Source: Alphaproteobacteria bacterium MarineAlpha9_Bin6 (GTDB lineage: Bacteria; Pseudomonadota; Alphaproteobacteria; UBA7887). From it: a stretch of 62,024 bases of DNA. Shown in pieces: positions 9,636 to 19,163 of this stretch. The notes below the pieces were generated by a model. It had not been told where the DNA came from and did not search any database. It saw only the letters and a program-made list of their open reading frames with translations. The position numbers and the translations under genes are program-made. Numbering within the stretch: the first letter of the stretch is position 1; every line of letters begins with the position of its first letter. The stretch spans positions 1 to 62,024 of the forward strand of contig PTKE01000005.1 of the NCBI GenBank assembly GCA_002937585.1. The letters are read 5' to 3'.

Positions 9636-10613
9636 ATGATGAACGTGCCAACTCCTTCAGGCGATTTGTTGGCGCCGGTGCTCGCTGGTAAGGCGCGGGC
9701 GATTGCTCGTCTAATCAGTCGCGCTGAGATGGGCAGTCCGGAGTGTCTCCAGACGCTTGCAAAGATTTATCGTAGTGCGGGACACGCTCATGTGATTGGC
9801 ATCACTGGTGTGCCGGGTAGTGGAAAATCCACTTTGGTGCGATCCTTTGCTCAGGCGGTGCGTCGGGAAGGTCGTACGATCGCCGTGGTAGCAATTGATC
9901 CATCCAGCCCATTTTCGGGTGGTGCGATTCTGGGCGATCGTATACGAATGCTTGAAATTGCGCGTGATCCGGGTGTGTTCATTCGCAGTATGGCGACGCG
10001 AGGAGTACTCGGCGGGCTCGCCCGGGCGGCACTCGACGCGGTAGACATATTGGATGCAGCGGGCTTCGATCTCGTTGTAATAGAAACTGTTGGTGTTGGT
10101 CAGGATGAGGTCGATATCGTTCAGGCTGCGCATTCGACAGTGGTTGTCTCGGCTCCCGGACTTGGAGATGATGTGCAGGCAATCAAGGCGGGGATTTTAG
10201 AAATCGCGGACATCCATGTTGTAAGCAAGGCGGACCGGGCGGATGCTAACAAGACTGTCACTGATCTCACGCAGATGCTTGCCATGGGTCTCCCAGAAAT
10301 ATCTGATAAAGTTTGGGTAACACCCGTTCTTTCTATCAGTGCTCTGAACGATGATGGTGTAACGGGTCTTTTAGTGTCTCTTGATAAGCATCGCGCTTTT
10401 CTCCATGAGTCGGGTAACATAAGCAAGAGATCTCGCCGGATCGCCGCTCATCGGATCTTAATGATTGCTGAAGAGGTTATTCGGGAACGCTTGGCTGTGG
10501 ACCAGAGTCAGGTGATGCAAGCTCTTCTGGATCGCGTGTTGGCGCGCGAGGTGGATCCGCATAGTGCAGCAGTCGAATTTTTGGCAAGGGTGAATGAGAA
10601 CGCTTCGAAATGA
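9636..10613 (+). CDS. meaB: MeaB/MeaH-type G-protein chaperone of B12 acyl-CoA mutase
   Basis: GITG.PG.GKST, DPSSPFSGGAILGDRIRM, FIRSMATRG, ETVGVGQ.E, GDDVQAIKAG. Stop overlaps the mutase start (ATGA). Confidence 0.92.
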   Translation: MMNVPTPSGDLLAPVLAGKARAIARLISRAEMGSPECLQTLAKIYRSAGHAHVIGITGVPGSGKSTLVRSFAQAVRREGRTIAVVAIDPSSPFSGGAILGDRIRMLEIARDPGVFIRSMATRGVLGGLARAALDAVDILDAAGFDLVVIETVGVGQDEVDIVQAAHSTVVVSAPGLGDDVQAIKAGILEIADIHVVSKADRADANKTVTDLTQMLAMGLPEISDKVWVTPVLSISALNDDGVTGLLVSLDKHRAFLHESGNISKRSRRIAAHRILMIAEEVIRERLAVDQSQVMQALLDRVLAREVDPHSAAVEFLARVNENASK

Positions 10614-12328
10614 GTAAGAGGACCGTGACTAAAGTTGGAGAAGTTGCAAAGGACATGCGGCTCGAGCAGCTACAGCAAAGCTTCGCAGATTGGGAAAAAA
10701 ATGAACTAGCGAACTTCTTAAGCCGGACCCCTGAGTCCAAACAAGATTACCGAACAGCCTCAGGAACAAAGCTCAAGCGCATATACAGTGCTCTGGACGT
10801 CGCGGATACACCGATCGAGGATATCGGGTTGCCGGGACGTTATCCATTTACACGCGGACCATACCCGACAATGTATCGAGGTCGGAACTGGACCATGCGC
10901 CAAATTGCTGGATTTGGTACTGGTTCAGACACCAATCAAAGGTACAAGTTTCTGCTCAAAAGCGGCCAGACAGGGCTATCTACTGATTTCGATATGCCAA
11001 CGCTGATGGGTTACGACTCCGATCATCCAATGGCACATGGAGAAGTTGGTCGAGAGGGCGTTGCAATTGATACTCTGGATGATATGGAAGCCTTATTTAA
11101 GGGTATTGATCTTACTGCGATTTCAGTATCGATGACGATCAATCCCTCGGCTTGGGTTTTGTACTCGATGTATATCGCCCTTGCCGAGAGCAGAGGATAC
11201 GATTTAAACAAATTATCCGGTACCATCCAAGCCGATATTCTCAAGGAATATATTGCTCAAAAGGAATGGATTTTTCCGATCCGGCCCTCGGTGCGATTGG
11301 CACGTGATTGCATTGCATATGGGGCCAGGAACATGAGGCGTTATAATCCAATCAACATTTCCGGCTACCACATATCCGAGGCAGGTGCGACTGCAGTTCA
11401 GGAAGCTGCCTTCACGATGGCAAATACCATTGCTTATGTAGAAGAGGTGACAAAGGCTGGGGTCGATGTTGACGAGTTTGCACCAAGGCTGTCGTTTTTT
11501 TTCGTTAGCCAGGCAGATTTTTTTGAGGAGATAGCCAAGTTTAGGGCTCTACGTAGAGTGTACGCGAAAATTATGAGGCATCGTTTCGGAGCAAAGAATC
11601 CGGAGTCGATGCGGCTTCGGTTCCACACTCAAACCGCTGCTGCCACGCTCACCAAACCACAATATATGGTTAATGTTGTGCGCACTGCCTTTCAGGCGTT
11701 GGCAGCCGTGCTAGGTGGGACCCAAAGTTTACATACAAATGGCATGGATGAGGCATTCACAATTCCTAGCGAGGAAGCAATGCGTCTATCCCTTCGAACT
11801 CAGCAGGTGATTGCTGACGAAACCAATATAACCTCAGTGGTCGACCCTCTAGGTGGTTCCTATATGGTCGAAACTCTGACCACTCAGATGGAGCGGGACA
11901 TTTTCACTATTCTTGATACGGTCGATTCCATGGGAGGAACGATTAAGGCGATAGAGGACGGTTGGTTTCAGCGTAAGATTGCGGAGTCGTCTTATGATTT
12001 TGCTATTCGCAAAGCGAGCGGCGAAAATCCGGTGATAGGAGTTAATAAATATATCGAGGATAATGAAAGCGAACCTCAGATTGGACTGCACCCCTATGAT
12101 CCGGAAACAGAGGCGCGTCAGGTAGCAAATTTGACCCACACTCGAACAAATCGTGATGAAGGGAAGGTACAAGCTTTGTTGAAGGAATTGATAATTCACG
12201 CAAGGGAGGAGTCGAAAAATTTGATGCCTATTACTATTGAGTTGGTCAAGGCGCGTGCCTCAATGGGCGAAATTGTTGAAACACTAAAAAGCCTTTGGGG
12301 TACCTATCGCGAAAATCCGGTAATCTGA
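10610..12328 (+). CDS. hcmA: B12-dependent acyl-CoA mutase large subunit, 2-hydroxyisobutyryl-CoA mutase type
   Basis: PFTRGPYPTMYR, TMRQIAGFG (Ile99), STDFDMPT (Asp126), ISGYHISEAG, QSLHTNG.DEA. No C-terminal DxHxxG cobalamin domain. Confidence 0.85.
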   Translation: MSKRTVTKVGEVAKDMRLEQLQQSFADWEKNELANFLSRTPESKQDYRTASGTKLKRIYSALDVADTPIEDIGLPGRYPFTRGPYPTMYRGRNWTMRQIAGFGTGSDTNQRYKFLLKSGQTGLSTDFDMPTLMGYDSDHPMAHGEVGREGVAIDTLDDMEALFKGIDLTAISVSMTINPSAWVLYSMYIALAESRGYDLNKLSGTIQADILKEYIAQKEWIFPIRPSVRLARDCIAYGARNMRRYNPINISGYHISEAGATAVQEAAFTMANTIAYVEEVTKAGVDVDEFAPRLSFFFVSQADFFEEIAKFRALRRVYAKIMRHRFGAKNPESMRLRFHTQTAAATLTKPQYMVNVVRTAFQALAAVLGGTQSLHTNGMDEAFTIPSEEAMRLSLRTQQVIADETNITSVVDPLGGSYMVETLTTQMERDIFTILDTVDSMGGTIKAIEDGWFQRKIAESSYDFAIRKASGENPVIGVNKYIEDNESEPQIGLHPYDPETEARQVANLTHTRTNRDEGKVQALLKELIIHAREESKNLMPITIELVKARASMGEIVETLKSLWGTYRENPVI

Positions 12329-12337
12329 GCAAATCCG

Positions 12338-13432
12338 ATGAGTACTGTCGCGACACCCGTGGTTGTTACGTTCAAAGGTACTGCGCCAAATTGGGGTGCG
12401 GCCGATTTCGGGTTAGGAGCGGCGGTAATCGGGCGGGCTAGCCTGGGTAAGGATGTCTCGTTGGGTCCTTGGGCAACATTGCGTGGTGACGGCAATTTTC
12501 TCGAAGTTGGAGACGGTTGTCGGTTCCTTGATAGGGCCACTGTGCATATAGCGGATGGCATTTACCCTACTCGAATGGGTCGCAATATTACTGTTGGTCG
12601 TTTTGCATTAGTCCACGCTTGTACTATTGCCGATGACTGCATTCTAGGGGACGCAGCCGTGGTGATGGATAATTCTTCCGTTGGCGCTGGCACAGTGATC
12701 GCTGCCGGTGCGTTGGTCCCTCCAGGTAAAAAACTTGACGGTGGATGGCTTTATGACGGAAATCCAGCGCAGCCCGTGCGCGAGGTGTCGTTGGATGAGC
12801 GTGAGCAATTGCGTTCCATTCTGCTGGCCGGCGAGAACAGTGACATCGTGCGTGATTCAAACCTGCCGCCTCTTGATATGAAGCCATTTATACCGACGGG
12901 TAGTGGTGAGGGGCCACTCTACCCCCTTGGGGGTGCTAAACCCCTGATTGATGCGAGAGGCTATGTCGCGCCCACAGCAGTTGTTGTAGGTGATGTGGTG
13001 GCGGCTGAGGGCACCAGCATCTGGTTTTCCACCGTCATGCGGGGAGACGGAGCGCCGATCATCCTTGGTGAACGCAGTAATGTTCAGGACAACTCAATTC
13101 TGAGTACCGATGCGCGTCGTGGACCTATAACCATCGGTGCGGATGTTACCATTGGCCACAACGTTAGAATGGGAGCCTGCACTCTCGGCGACGAATGTTT
13201 AATCGGTATGGGTGCGCAACTTAGTGATGGTGTAGTAGTAGAGAACGGTGCACTAGTGGGAGCCCGCGCTTATGTTGAACCAGAGACCTTAGTCAAGGCC
13301 GGGTATATTTGGGCGGGTCGTCCGGCTGTTGAGTTCCGACCAGTGAAGCCTGAGGAACATGAGTTTTTTCAGCGCGGCAAGGAAGTTTATGTTGGTTACA
13401 CCGACACATACCTTGCGGAACAGGCGGCGTGA
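12338..13432 (+). CDS. Tandem two-domain gamma-carbonic-anhydrase-like (YrdA/PaaY/CaiE) hexapeptide-repeat protein
   Basis: Two left-handed beta-helix domains (aa ~10-165 and ~195-360), each with (L/M)RGD and G.PA...R motifs. Starts 9 bp after hcmA. Confidence 0.85.
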   Translation: MSTVATPVVVTFKGTAPNWGAADFGLGAAVIGRASLGKDVSLGPWATLRGDGNFLEVGDGCRFLDRATVHIADGIYPTRMGRNITVGRFALVHACTIADDCILGDAAVVMDNSSVGAGTVIAAGALVPPGKKLDGGWLYDGNPAQPVREVSLDEREQLRSILLAGENSDIVRDSNLPPLDMKPFIPTGSGEGPLYPLGGAKPLIDARGYVAPTAVVVGDVVAAEGTSIWFSTVMRGDGAPIILGERSNVQDNSILSTDARRGPITIGADVTIGHNVRMGACTLGDECLIGMGAQLSDGVVVENGALVGARAYVEPETLVKAGYIWAGRPAVEFRPVKPEEHEFFQRGKEVYVGYTDTYLAEQAA

Positions 13433-13457
13433 AATCAGCCATGAACGTTACGCGCGT

Positions 13458-13763
13458 TCAATCGTAGCCGAAAAACCATCGGGTTATGCCGTTGTTAGAG
13501 TTCTTAACCGAATGAACGGCCCCTTTAGGAATAAAGACCTCGTCGCCGGGATCGACCATGAGGCGTTGACTGGCAACTGTCATTTCGAGCCGACCTTCCG
13601 CCACGGTTACGAGCTCGTTGGTCTGGTGGACAAAGTTATTCCATTCTTGGCCCGGCGGATCGACGAATGGTCGGCAGTCATAGCCACGTGCCTTCCAGTC
13701 ACGCATCACTTCGTCACAAACTATTGGCGGAGAAAATTTATTGCGTGTAACGAGACAGACCAT
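13458..13763 (-). CDS. Small cupin-domain protein
   Basis: H..NELV.V.EG.L and PGDEVFIP.G.VHSV.N cupin motifs. Confidence 0.85.
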   Translation of the reverse strand: MVCLVTRNKFSPPIVCDEVMRDWKARGYDCRPFVDPPGQEWNNFVHQTNELVTVAEGRLEMTVASQRLMVDPGDEVFIPKGAVHSVKNSNNGITRWFFGYD

Positions 13764-14029
13764 GGAGGGGATCTTTTCAGTGCTTGCAGTGCTCTATTGA
13801 TTGCAGCCTATCAAAGATCATGGCGGTCGGGGAGACGAAAAACGCCTATGCTGGGCTGATCAAATCTCAGCGCTGGCTATATGCGGCGCACCTGGGACGT
13901 CCAGTGCTTCGGAGGTTTATGCGCGGTTTTTCTGGATATAAGAAGCGGCTTAAGTTCAGGGATTTGCAGAATTTTGGCTTATTGATCGACATAGGTTACT
14001 GACTGTTATGGATTTTTCTTTACTGGGCG

Positions 14030-14403
14030 GCGTTCCAGTTGGAGCATGTTCGAGAACGCTGGCGTGAAAATTTCAACGCGACACTCGACTTTGCGTGTGA
14101 GAATTCAGAGACTTTTTTTGCGCCGTTTATTTGCTGTATCAGAGAGCCGCTACCTTCTGAATGACTTATTTCTATTCGGCTTTGGTGCCATAGAGAAAGA
14201 TCGGTTTAGTGCCTTCGAGTATCGGTTTGGGCGAGGCAGTCGGAATTGGGTACCAACTTATCGAAACCAAGGATTATACGTTGGAAGTCGAGGTGGGTCC
14301 GGGTGTCCGCCAATCCCAATTACGTGATACAGATGACTTTGAGGCCAAGTAAATTGGACGCCTAGTAGGGGTGGTCCCATCAGGCAGTGCACGACCTGCA
14401 TAA
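14030..14403 (+). pseudogene. Decayed DUF481/YdiY-like outer-membrane beta-barrel gene
   Basis: Fragments in three successive frames: FQLEHVRERWRENFNATLDF / YLLNDLFLFGFGAIEKDRFSAFEYRFG / EAVGIGYQLIETKDYTLEVEVGPGVRQ, then a stop at 14350. 'DRFS..YR', 'G.GY.LI' and 'LE.GPG.RQ' recall DUF481. Confidence 0.5.
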
Positions 14404-14491
14404 AGTTTATTGGTTTACTCCCACGCAAAACCATTCTTAGGAGATCTTTCTGGAGAGATTTGGCGCCACCTCGTGTGTACGATTGTCGTAA

Positions 14492-15472
14492 TTATTCGCC
14501 CCAGACCTTAGCTAAAATCGTGAGCCAGTTCTCCCCCATCACCTTTCTGATTTGTTTTTCGGTCCAGCCCCGCGTAATCATGGCTGTGGTAAGATTGGGA
14601 AACTCGCCTAATCGTTGAAAGCCGGGCGGGTTTTTGATTTCACCGAAATCGGTAAGTTTGCGCCCCGTACCTTTGTCGTGGGTGATCCAATCAAAGAATG
14701 GTTCACCATAGTCTTGCGTCATGTCAGTTCCTATACCCACTTGGTTTTCCCCAGCGACATTGATCACGTGCTCTATGGCGTCCAGATAATCTTCGAGGCT
14801 CGAGTTTGCTCCTTTGGGCAAAAATGGTGGAAACATTGTCACGCCGACAAAGCCGCCTTGCTCGGCAATAAACCTGAGTTCCTCATCTGTTTTGTTGCGT
14901 GGGTGTTCCCGCAGTGCTTTGGGGCATATGTGGGAGTAGCAAACCGGTGCCTTTGAATGACGGATCGCATCGGCACTGGTTTTTGAACCTACATGCGACA
15001 AATCTACCAGCATGCCGAGCTGGTTCATTTCATCAATCACATCCCGTCCAAAATCAGATAATCCGCCATCTTCGCTTTCGTAGCAGCCGCTTCCGACCAA
15101 GTTCTGTGTGTTGTAAGTAAGTTGCACCACGCCCACGCCGAGGTTTTTGAAAAGACCTAGGAAATCCAGTCGGTCCTCAATTGGGCTGGCATTCTGCCAC
15201 CCTAGGACGATCCCGACTTTTCCTTCGGCTTTGGCTCGCTGAATGTCAGACACGGCCCTAACCTGAATTAAAAGATCGTCGCAACTCTTAAACCAATTAT
15301 GCCACTGCGCGATATTCTCCATCGTGCCACGAAAGCCTTCCCATACCGCGCATGTACAGTTAGCTGCGGTGACCCCACCTCGCTTCATGTCCTCAAATAC
15401 TGCGCGACTCCAGTTTGAGACGATCAGGCCATCAAATACGACCATGCTATCATGGAGATTTTGGGTGTTCAC
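14492..15472 (-). CDS. Membrane dipeptidase (M19) family protein, betaine-catabolism-associated type
   Basis: DGL..SNWSR.VFEDM..GG.TAANCT, QLTYN.QN..G.GCYE, DLSHVG, YSH, HPRNK, GIGTD, MGENW. Confidence 0.85.
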   Translation of the reverse strand: MNTQNLHDSMVVFDGLIVSNWSRAVFEDMKRGGVTAANCTCAVWEGFRGTMENIAQWHNWFKSCDDLLIQVRAVSDIQRAKAEGKVGIVLGWQNASPIEDRLDFLGLFKNLGVGVVQLTYNTQNLVGSGCYESEDGGLSDFGRDVIDEMNQLGMLVDLSHVGSKTSADAIRHSKAPVCYSHICPKALREHPRNKTDEELRFIAEQGGFVGVTMFPPFLPKGANSSLEDYLDAIEHVINVAGENQVGIGTDMTQDYGEPFFDWITHDKGTGRKLTDFGEIKNPPGFQRLGEFPNLTTAMITRGWTEKQIRKVMGENWLTILAKVWGE

Positions 15473-15615
15473 CGGAGTGGGGTCCGCAGCACGTTTATGA
15501 GTGGCATCAGTTGCTCGTCATTCCTCCGAACAACCTCATGTTGCGACATGGGAATAGACAGGTCAAGATGGCTCGGTTGGGTGGAGCGAGAACTAACCGC
15601 ATAGAGAACTGCATT

Positions 15616-17016
15616 ATGAGAGCCAAACCTGCGGCAGAAACTGTACAGTCCGCATCAAGTGGAGATGATTATCAATCCTGGCTGACCCGCGAACCGTCCT
15701 TTGTCACGACGGGTGGTGGCTTGGATTCGGATGTGGCGGCTCTCAAACAGTTTAGCGATGCGGGCGATGGTTTGCTCCAGCTTTCTACCGGGGGTAAAGG
15801 CCTTGATCACAAAAATTTAGACCTAACGCGTCTAATTAAGGACAAAATCCATGATGTCCGCGCTGCTTTCCTGCGTGTTCATGCGGAGGCAGTGTACTCC
15901 TCATTAACTGACACTTTTGCCCAGCCGGTTCGGATTCAATCCTTGGTGGACACAGCTGTCCGCCGCTACCCAGGTTTATTGCCGAGTGCCTCCAAAATCA
16001 CGGAAGATGCCACCCGAAGTTTAAAGGAGAAAGAAGGCCACGAACGAGCCATCGGGTTATTGTTATCGCATATTTTTGCGAATCCTCGGGCAGGCATTCA
16101 TTTGCTCCAAAGTATGTTGCGGCCGCTACCCGATTCGGTTGAAGAAACGGCTAAGTTCAGCCGTGACGGCGTACTTGATTTGGGAGCTGCCGTGCTCCGC
16201 CGTACTGGAAAAGCGGCCGAGTTGTTGATGTACAACCCAGAGTACCTGAACGCCGAGGACGCGAGCACTATCGGGCCCATGGAGCAGGCGGTGGATGTCG
16301 CAATACTCGATCCAATCACAGAGGTATGCGTGTTGCGTGGTACACCAGCACAGCACCCGCGTTATGCGGGCCGCAACATTTTTTGCAGCGGCCTCAACCT
16401 GACTCATCTTTATGAAGGAAAAATACCGTATCTTTGGTATCTCACACGCGATCTCGGTTTTGTGAACAAAATCGCGCACGGATTGTTGGATGATCCGGAC
16501 GCAATAGATGATCCTATGCCTACGGTTGAAAAGCCATGGATTGCTGCGGTAGAGACCTTTGCGATCGGTGGCGGATGTCAATACCTACTGGTAATGGATT
16601 ACACCCTCGCTGAAAAAAGCGCTTATTTGACTTTGCCGGCCCGCAAGGAAGGCATTATTCCCGGCTTAACTAACATGCGTTTGCCAAGGTTCGTCGGAGA
16701 TCGAATTACCCGACAGGCAATATTGTTTGATCGTCGGCTTGAAGCGGATAGCCCTGAAGGGCGAATGATTGTTGATCAAATTGTGCCAGACGGTGAGATG
16801 AGCTCAGCAGTGGAAGCAACTGTGCAAAAATTAACTAGTTCCGGCAGTGTCAGCACCGTTGGTAACCGCAAAGCGCTGAGAGTGTGTCAGGAAAGTTTGG
16901 ATGATGTGCGAAGGTATATGGCAAGCTACGCCCGTGAGCAGGTAAAATGCCATCTGAGTCCGGCTTTAGTTCGAAATTTAGAGGACAACTGGCTTAAGCC
17001 AAAGGGCAAGCTGTAG
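15616..17016 (+). CDS. dpgC: DpgC-like (3,5-dihydroxyphenyl)acetyl-CoA 1,2-dioxygenase, crotonase superfamily
   Basis: N-terminal helical extension (FLR.HA..VY..LT, PGLLP, KEG.E...G), LNAED, HPRYAGR..FCSG.NL, EKPWIAAV..FAIGGG.Q.LLV.D, LPARKEGIIPG..N.RL.RF.G. Likely start ATG 15616. Confidence 0.8.
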   Translation: MRAKPAAETVQSASSGDDYQSWLTREPSFVTTGGGLDSDVAALKQFSDAGDGLLQLSTGGKGLDHKNLDLTRLIKDKIHDVRAAFLRVHAEAVYSSLTDTFAQPVRIQSLVDTAVRRYPGLLPSASKITEDATRSLKEKEGHERAIGLLLSHIFANPRAGIHLLQSMLRPLPDSVEETAKFSRDGVLDLGAAVLRRTGKAAELLMYNPEYLNAEDASTIGPMEQAVDVAILDPITEVCVLRGTPAQHPRYAGRNIFCSGLNLTHLYEGKIPYLWYLTRDLGFVNKIAHGLLDDPDAIDDPMPTVEKPWIAAVETFAIGGGCQYLLVMDYTLAEKSAYLTLPARKEGIIPGLTNMRLPRFVGDRITRQAILFDRRLEADSPEGRMIVDQIVPDGEMSSAVEATVQKLTSSGSVSTVGNRKALRVCQESLDDVRRYMASYAREQVKCHLSPALVRNLEDNWLKPKGKL

Positions 17017-17232
17017 CCAGCCTCATGCCCACCACTCGTGAAGCCATGATCTTTCGCATGTATGGTTTATCCGGATTGCAATGTCACCGACGGTCCTGTC
17101 GGTGCTCGGTGTCATGAACATAAGGTACCAGCAGCGGTTGCTATCGCGCCCGAAACGGGCTTGGCTGCTACACCTAAGCGGTCATTTCAAGGGTATCCAG
17201 GCCGGCGGAACCCTAGGATAACCCGTAGAAGA

Positions 17233-18027
17233 TTAACGGCCATGGAAAACTGGGTTTCGTTTCTCAACGAATGCTCGCACTGCTTCTTTGTGGTCTTCGG
17301 TCATGCCACAGCGTGTATGGTGCCAGGCTTCGAGGTCGAAGATTTCAGCTAGTGTACCGGTTTCCGCAGCGTTAAGGTTCTTCTTCATATACCCGAGAGC
17401 GATTTGCGGCCCGCCGGCCATTTGTTTCGCTAGCTCATGAGTTTCGGCCTCGAGATCTCCGTCAGAGACAATCCGATTGACCATTCCCAGTTTGAGGGCA
17501 CCTTCGGCGTCAATTAGGGCCGAAGTGAAGTACAGCTCTCGGGCTTTGGCAGTGCCGACCAGTCGGGTCAGAAAATAACTTCCGCCGAAGTCTCCTGAAT
17601 AACCTACCCGACCAAAAGCAGTGGTAAACTTTGCGCTTTCACCGGCAATTCGAAGATCGCAAGCCAGCGCTATTGAAAGCCCTGCTCCGGCAGCGGCTCC
17701 TGGAACCATCGCAATAGTTGGCTTGGACATGTTATGCAACCAGTGTGATACGTCCATACTGGTGCGTAAGGCGCGTGCTTTTGCTTCAAGCGTTTGTTCC
17801 TTAAACTCTTTACCCTCGGCCATTGCTTTGACGTCCCCCCCGGCACAAAAAGCTTTCCCAGCCCCGGTTAGTACAACTACGCCAACGCGTTCGTCCTCGG
17901 CTAAGCGTGGCAAGGCTTCGAGCAGACCATCAAGCATTTCTCCAGACAGCGCGTTGCGGCGTTCTGGGCGGTTCATTGTTAATGTCGCCACGCCATCGGC
18001 CGCGGTTTCAAGCAACACGTCGGTCAT
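17233..18027 (-). CDS. Enoyl-CoA hydratase/isomerase (PaaG-like)
   Basis: LTMNRPERRNAL, FCAGGDV, GAAAGAG.S.ALACD.R, GYSGDFGG, AF.EKR.P.F.G. Likely start MTDVLL at 18027. Confidence 0.88.
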   Translation of the reverse strand: MTDVLLETAADGVATLTMNRPERRNALSGEMLDGLLEALPRLAEDERVGVVVLTGAGKAFCAGGDVKAMAEGKEFKEQTLEAKARALRTSMDVSHWLHNMSKPTIAMVPGAAAGAGLSIALACDLRIAGESAKFTTAFGRVGYSGDFGGSYFLTRLVGTAKARELYFTSALIDAEGALKLGMVNRIVSDGDLEAETHELAKQMAGGPQIALGYMKKNLNAAETGTLAEIFDLEAWHHTRCGMTEDHKEAVRAFVEKRNPVFHGR

Positions 18028-18182
18028 TTTATCTGTTCCTTTGGTAGGGCATTCTTGTTGAGACAGCATTAGATCAAGTTGATCTGAGACCTGCAATTCT
18101 CCATTCATATTTTCCAGGAAGTGCGAAAAGATTGCTGCCACCACCCTTAACACGCTAACTAGGGTTCTCACTAACTGGAGGG

Positions 18183-19139
18183 ATGGATATGAAATTTGGC
18201 TTCAATGTTCCAGTGCGCGGTCCCGGCGCTGATCCCGCAGGAATGACGGAGATAGCTCGCCGTGCCGAGTCACTAGGCTATGACTATATTTCGGTAACGG
18301 ACCATATCGCTGTGCCCCGCAATATCGATTCCCGTTATCCCTATACAGAAGATGGAATGTTTCCGGGGCGCGCTGGCGAATATTTGGAGCCGTTAACTTT
18401 GATGGGTTTCCTTGCCGGGATTACCGATCGGGTGCAATTGTTAACCTCAATTTTAGTTGTCCCCCACCGTCCCGCAGTGCTGGCAGCGAAGATGATTTCC
18501 AGCCTGGACGTGATGTCCAAGGGTCGGGTCATATTGGGAATTGGGGCAGGTTGGATGAGAGAAGAGTTTGAGGCGATAGACGCTCCAGATTTTGATGCGC
18601 GTGGGCGGGTGACGGATGAATACCTTCAGGCATTTCGGATATTGTGGACAGAACAAAACCCGACTTTTCATGGTGAACACGTCACTTTTAATGATTTAAT
18701 TTTCGAGCCTAAACCCGTGCAGCCGCGCGGTCCGAGGATATGGGCGGGGGGCGAAAGCAAGGCTGCTAAGCGACGGGCTTCCACACTGGCAGATGGCTGG
18801 TTTCCGGTAGGGAACAACCCGAAATTCCCGTTGGACACTATGGAGCGTTATTCTGCGGCTCAGGATGAAGTCAAGGATTTGTCACAAAACGCTGACCGGG
18901 ATCCTGCAGCTCTTGATTTTGCATATTGGGCTATTTGGCCCTGGACCGGTGGGGCAGAAACTACAACGGATGGTGAGCGCCGGTTGTTGACTGGTACCGC
19001 CGAAGATCTGAAGGGTGATGTCAAACGGTTCGAGGATCGCGGTGTGCGCAACTTATCAATTATGTTGCTTGGAGGGAGCTTAGATAAAACTTTGGATAAT
19101 ATGGATCGATTTGCCGATCAAATAATGTCCAAGATCTAA
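18183..19139 (+). CDS. LLM-class probable F420-dependent oxidoreductase (Rv2161c-like)
   Basis: DHIAVP, SRYPY, VVPHRP.VL.AK....LDV.S.GR, G.GWMREEF, PKPVQ, GGES, DGWFP. Confidence 0.85.
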   Translation: MDMKFGFNVPVRGPGADPAGMTEIARRAESLGYDYISVTDHIAVPRNIDSRYPYTEDGMFPGRAGEYLEPLTLMGFLAGITDRVQLLTSILVVPHRPAVLAAKMISSLDVMSKGRVILGIGAGWMREEFEAIDAPDFDARGRVTDEYLQAFRILWTEQNPTFHGEHVTFNDLIFEPKPVQPRGPRIWAGGESKAAKRRASTLADGWFPVGNNPKFPLDTMERYSAAQDEVKDLSQNADRDPAALDFAYWAIWPWTGGAETTTDGERRLLTGTAEDLKGDVKRFEDRGVRNLSIMLLGGSLDKTLDNMDRFADQIMSKI

Positions 19140-19163
19140 ACGTAGATCTTTGTTCAATTGTGA

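Noticed and set aside
10610-12328. Ordinary methylmalonyl-CoA mutase
   Set aside because: RQIAGF instead of RQYAGF, and no fused B12 domain.
15415-18171. Glycopeptide/DHPG biosynthetic cluster
   Set aside because: No type III PKS, aminotransferase or NRPS in the window.
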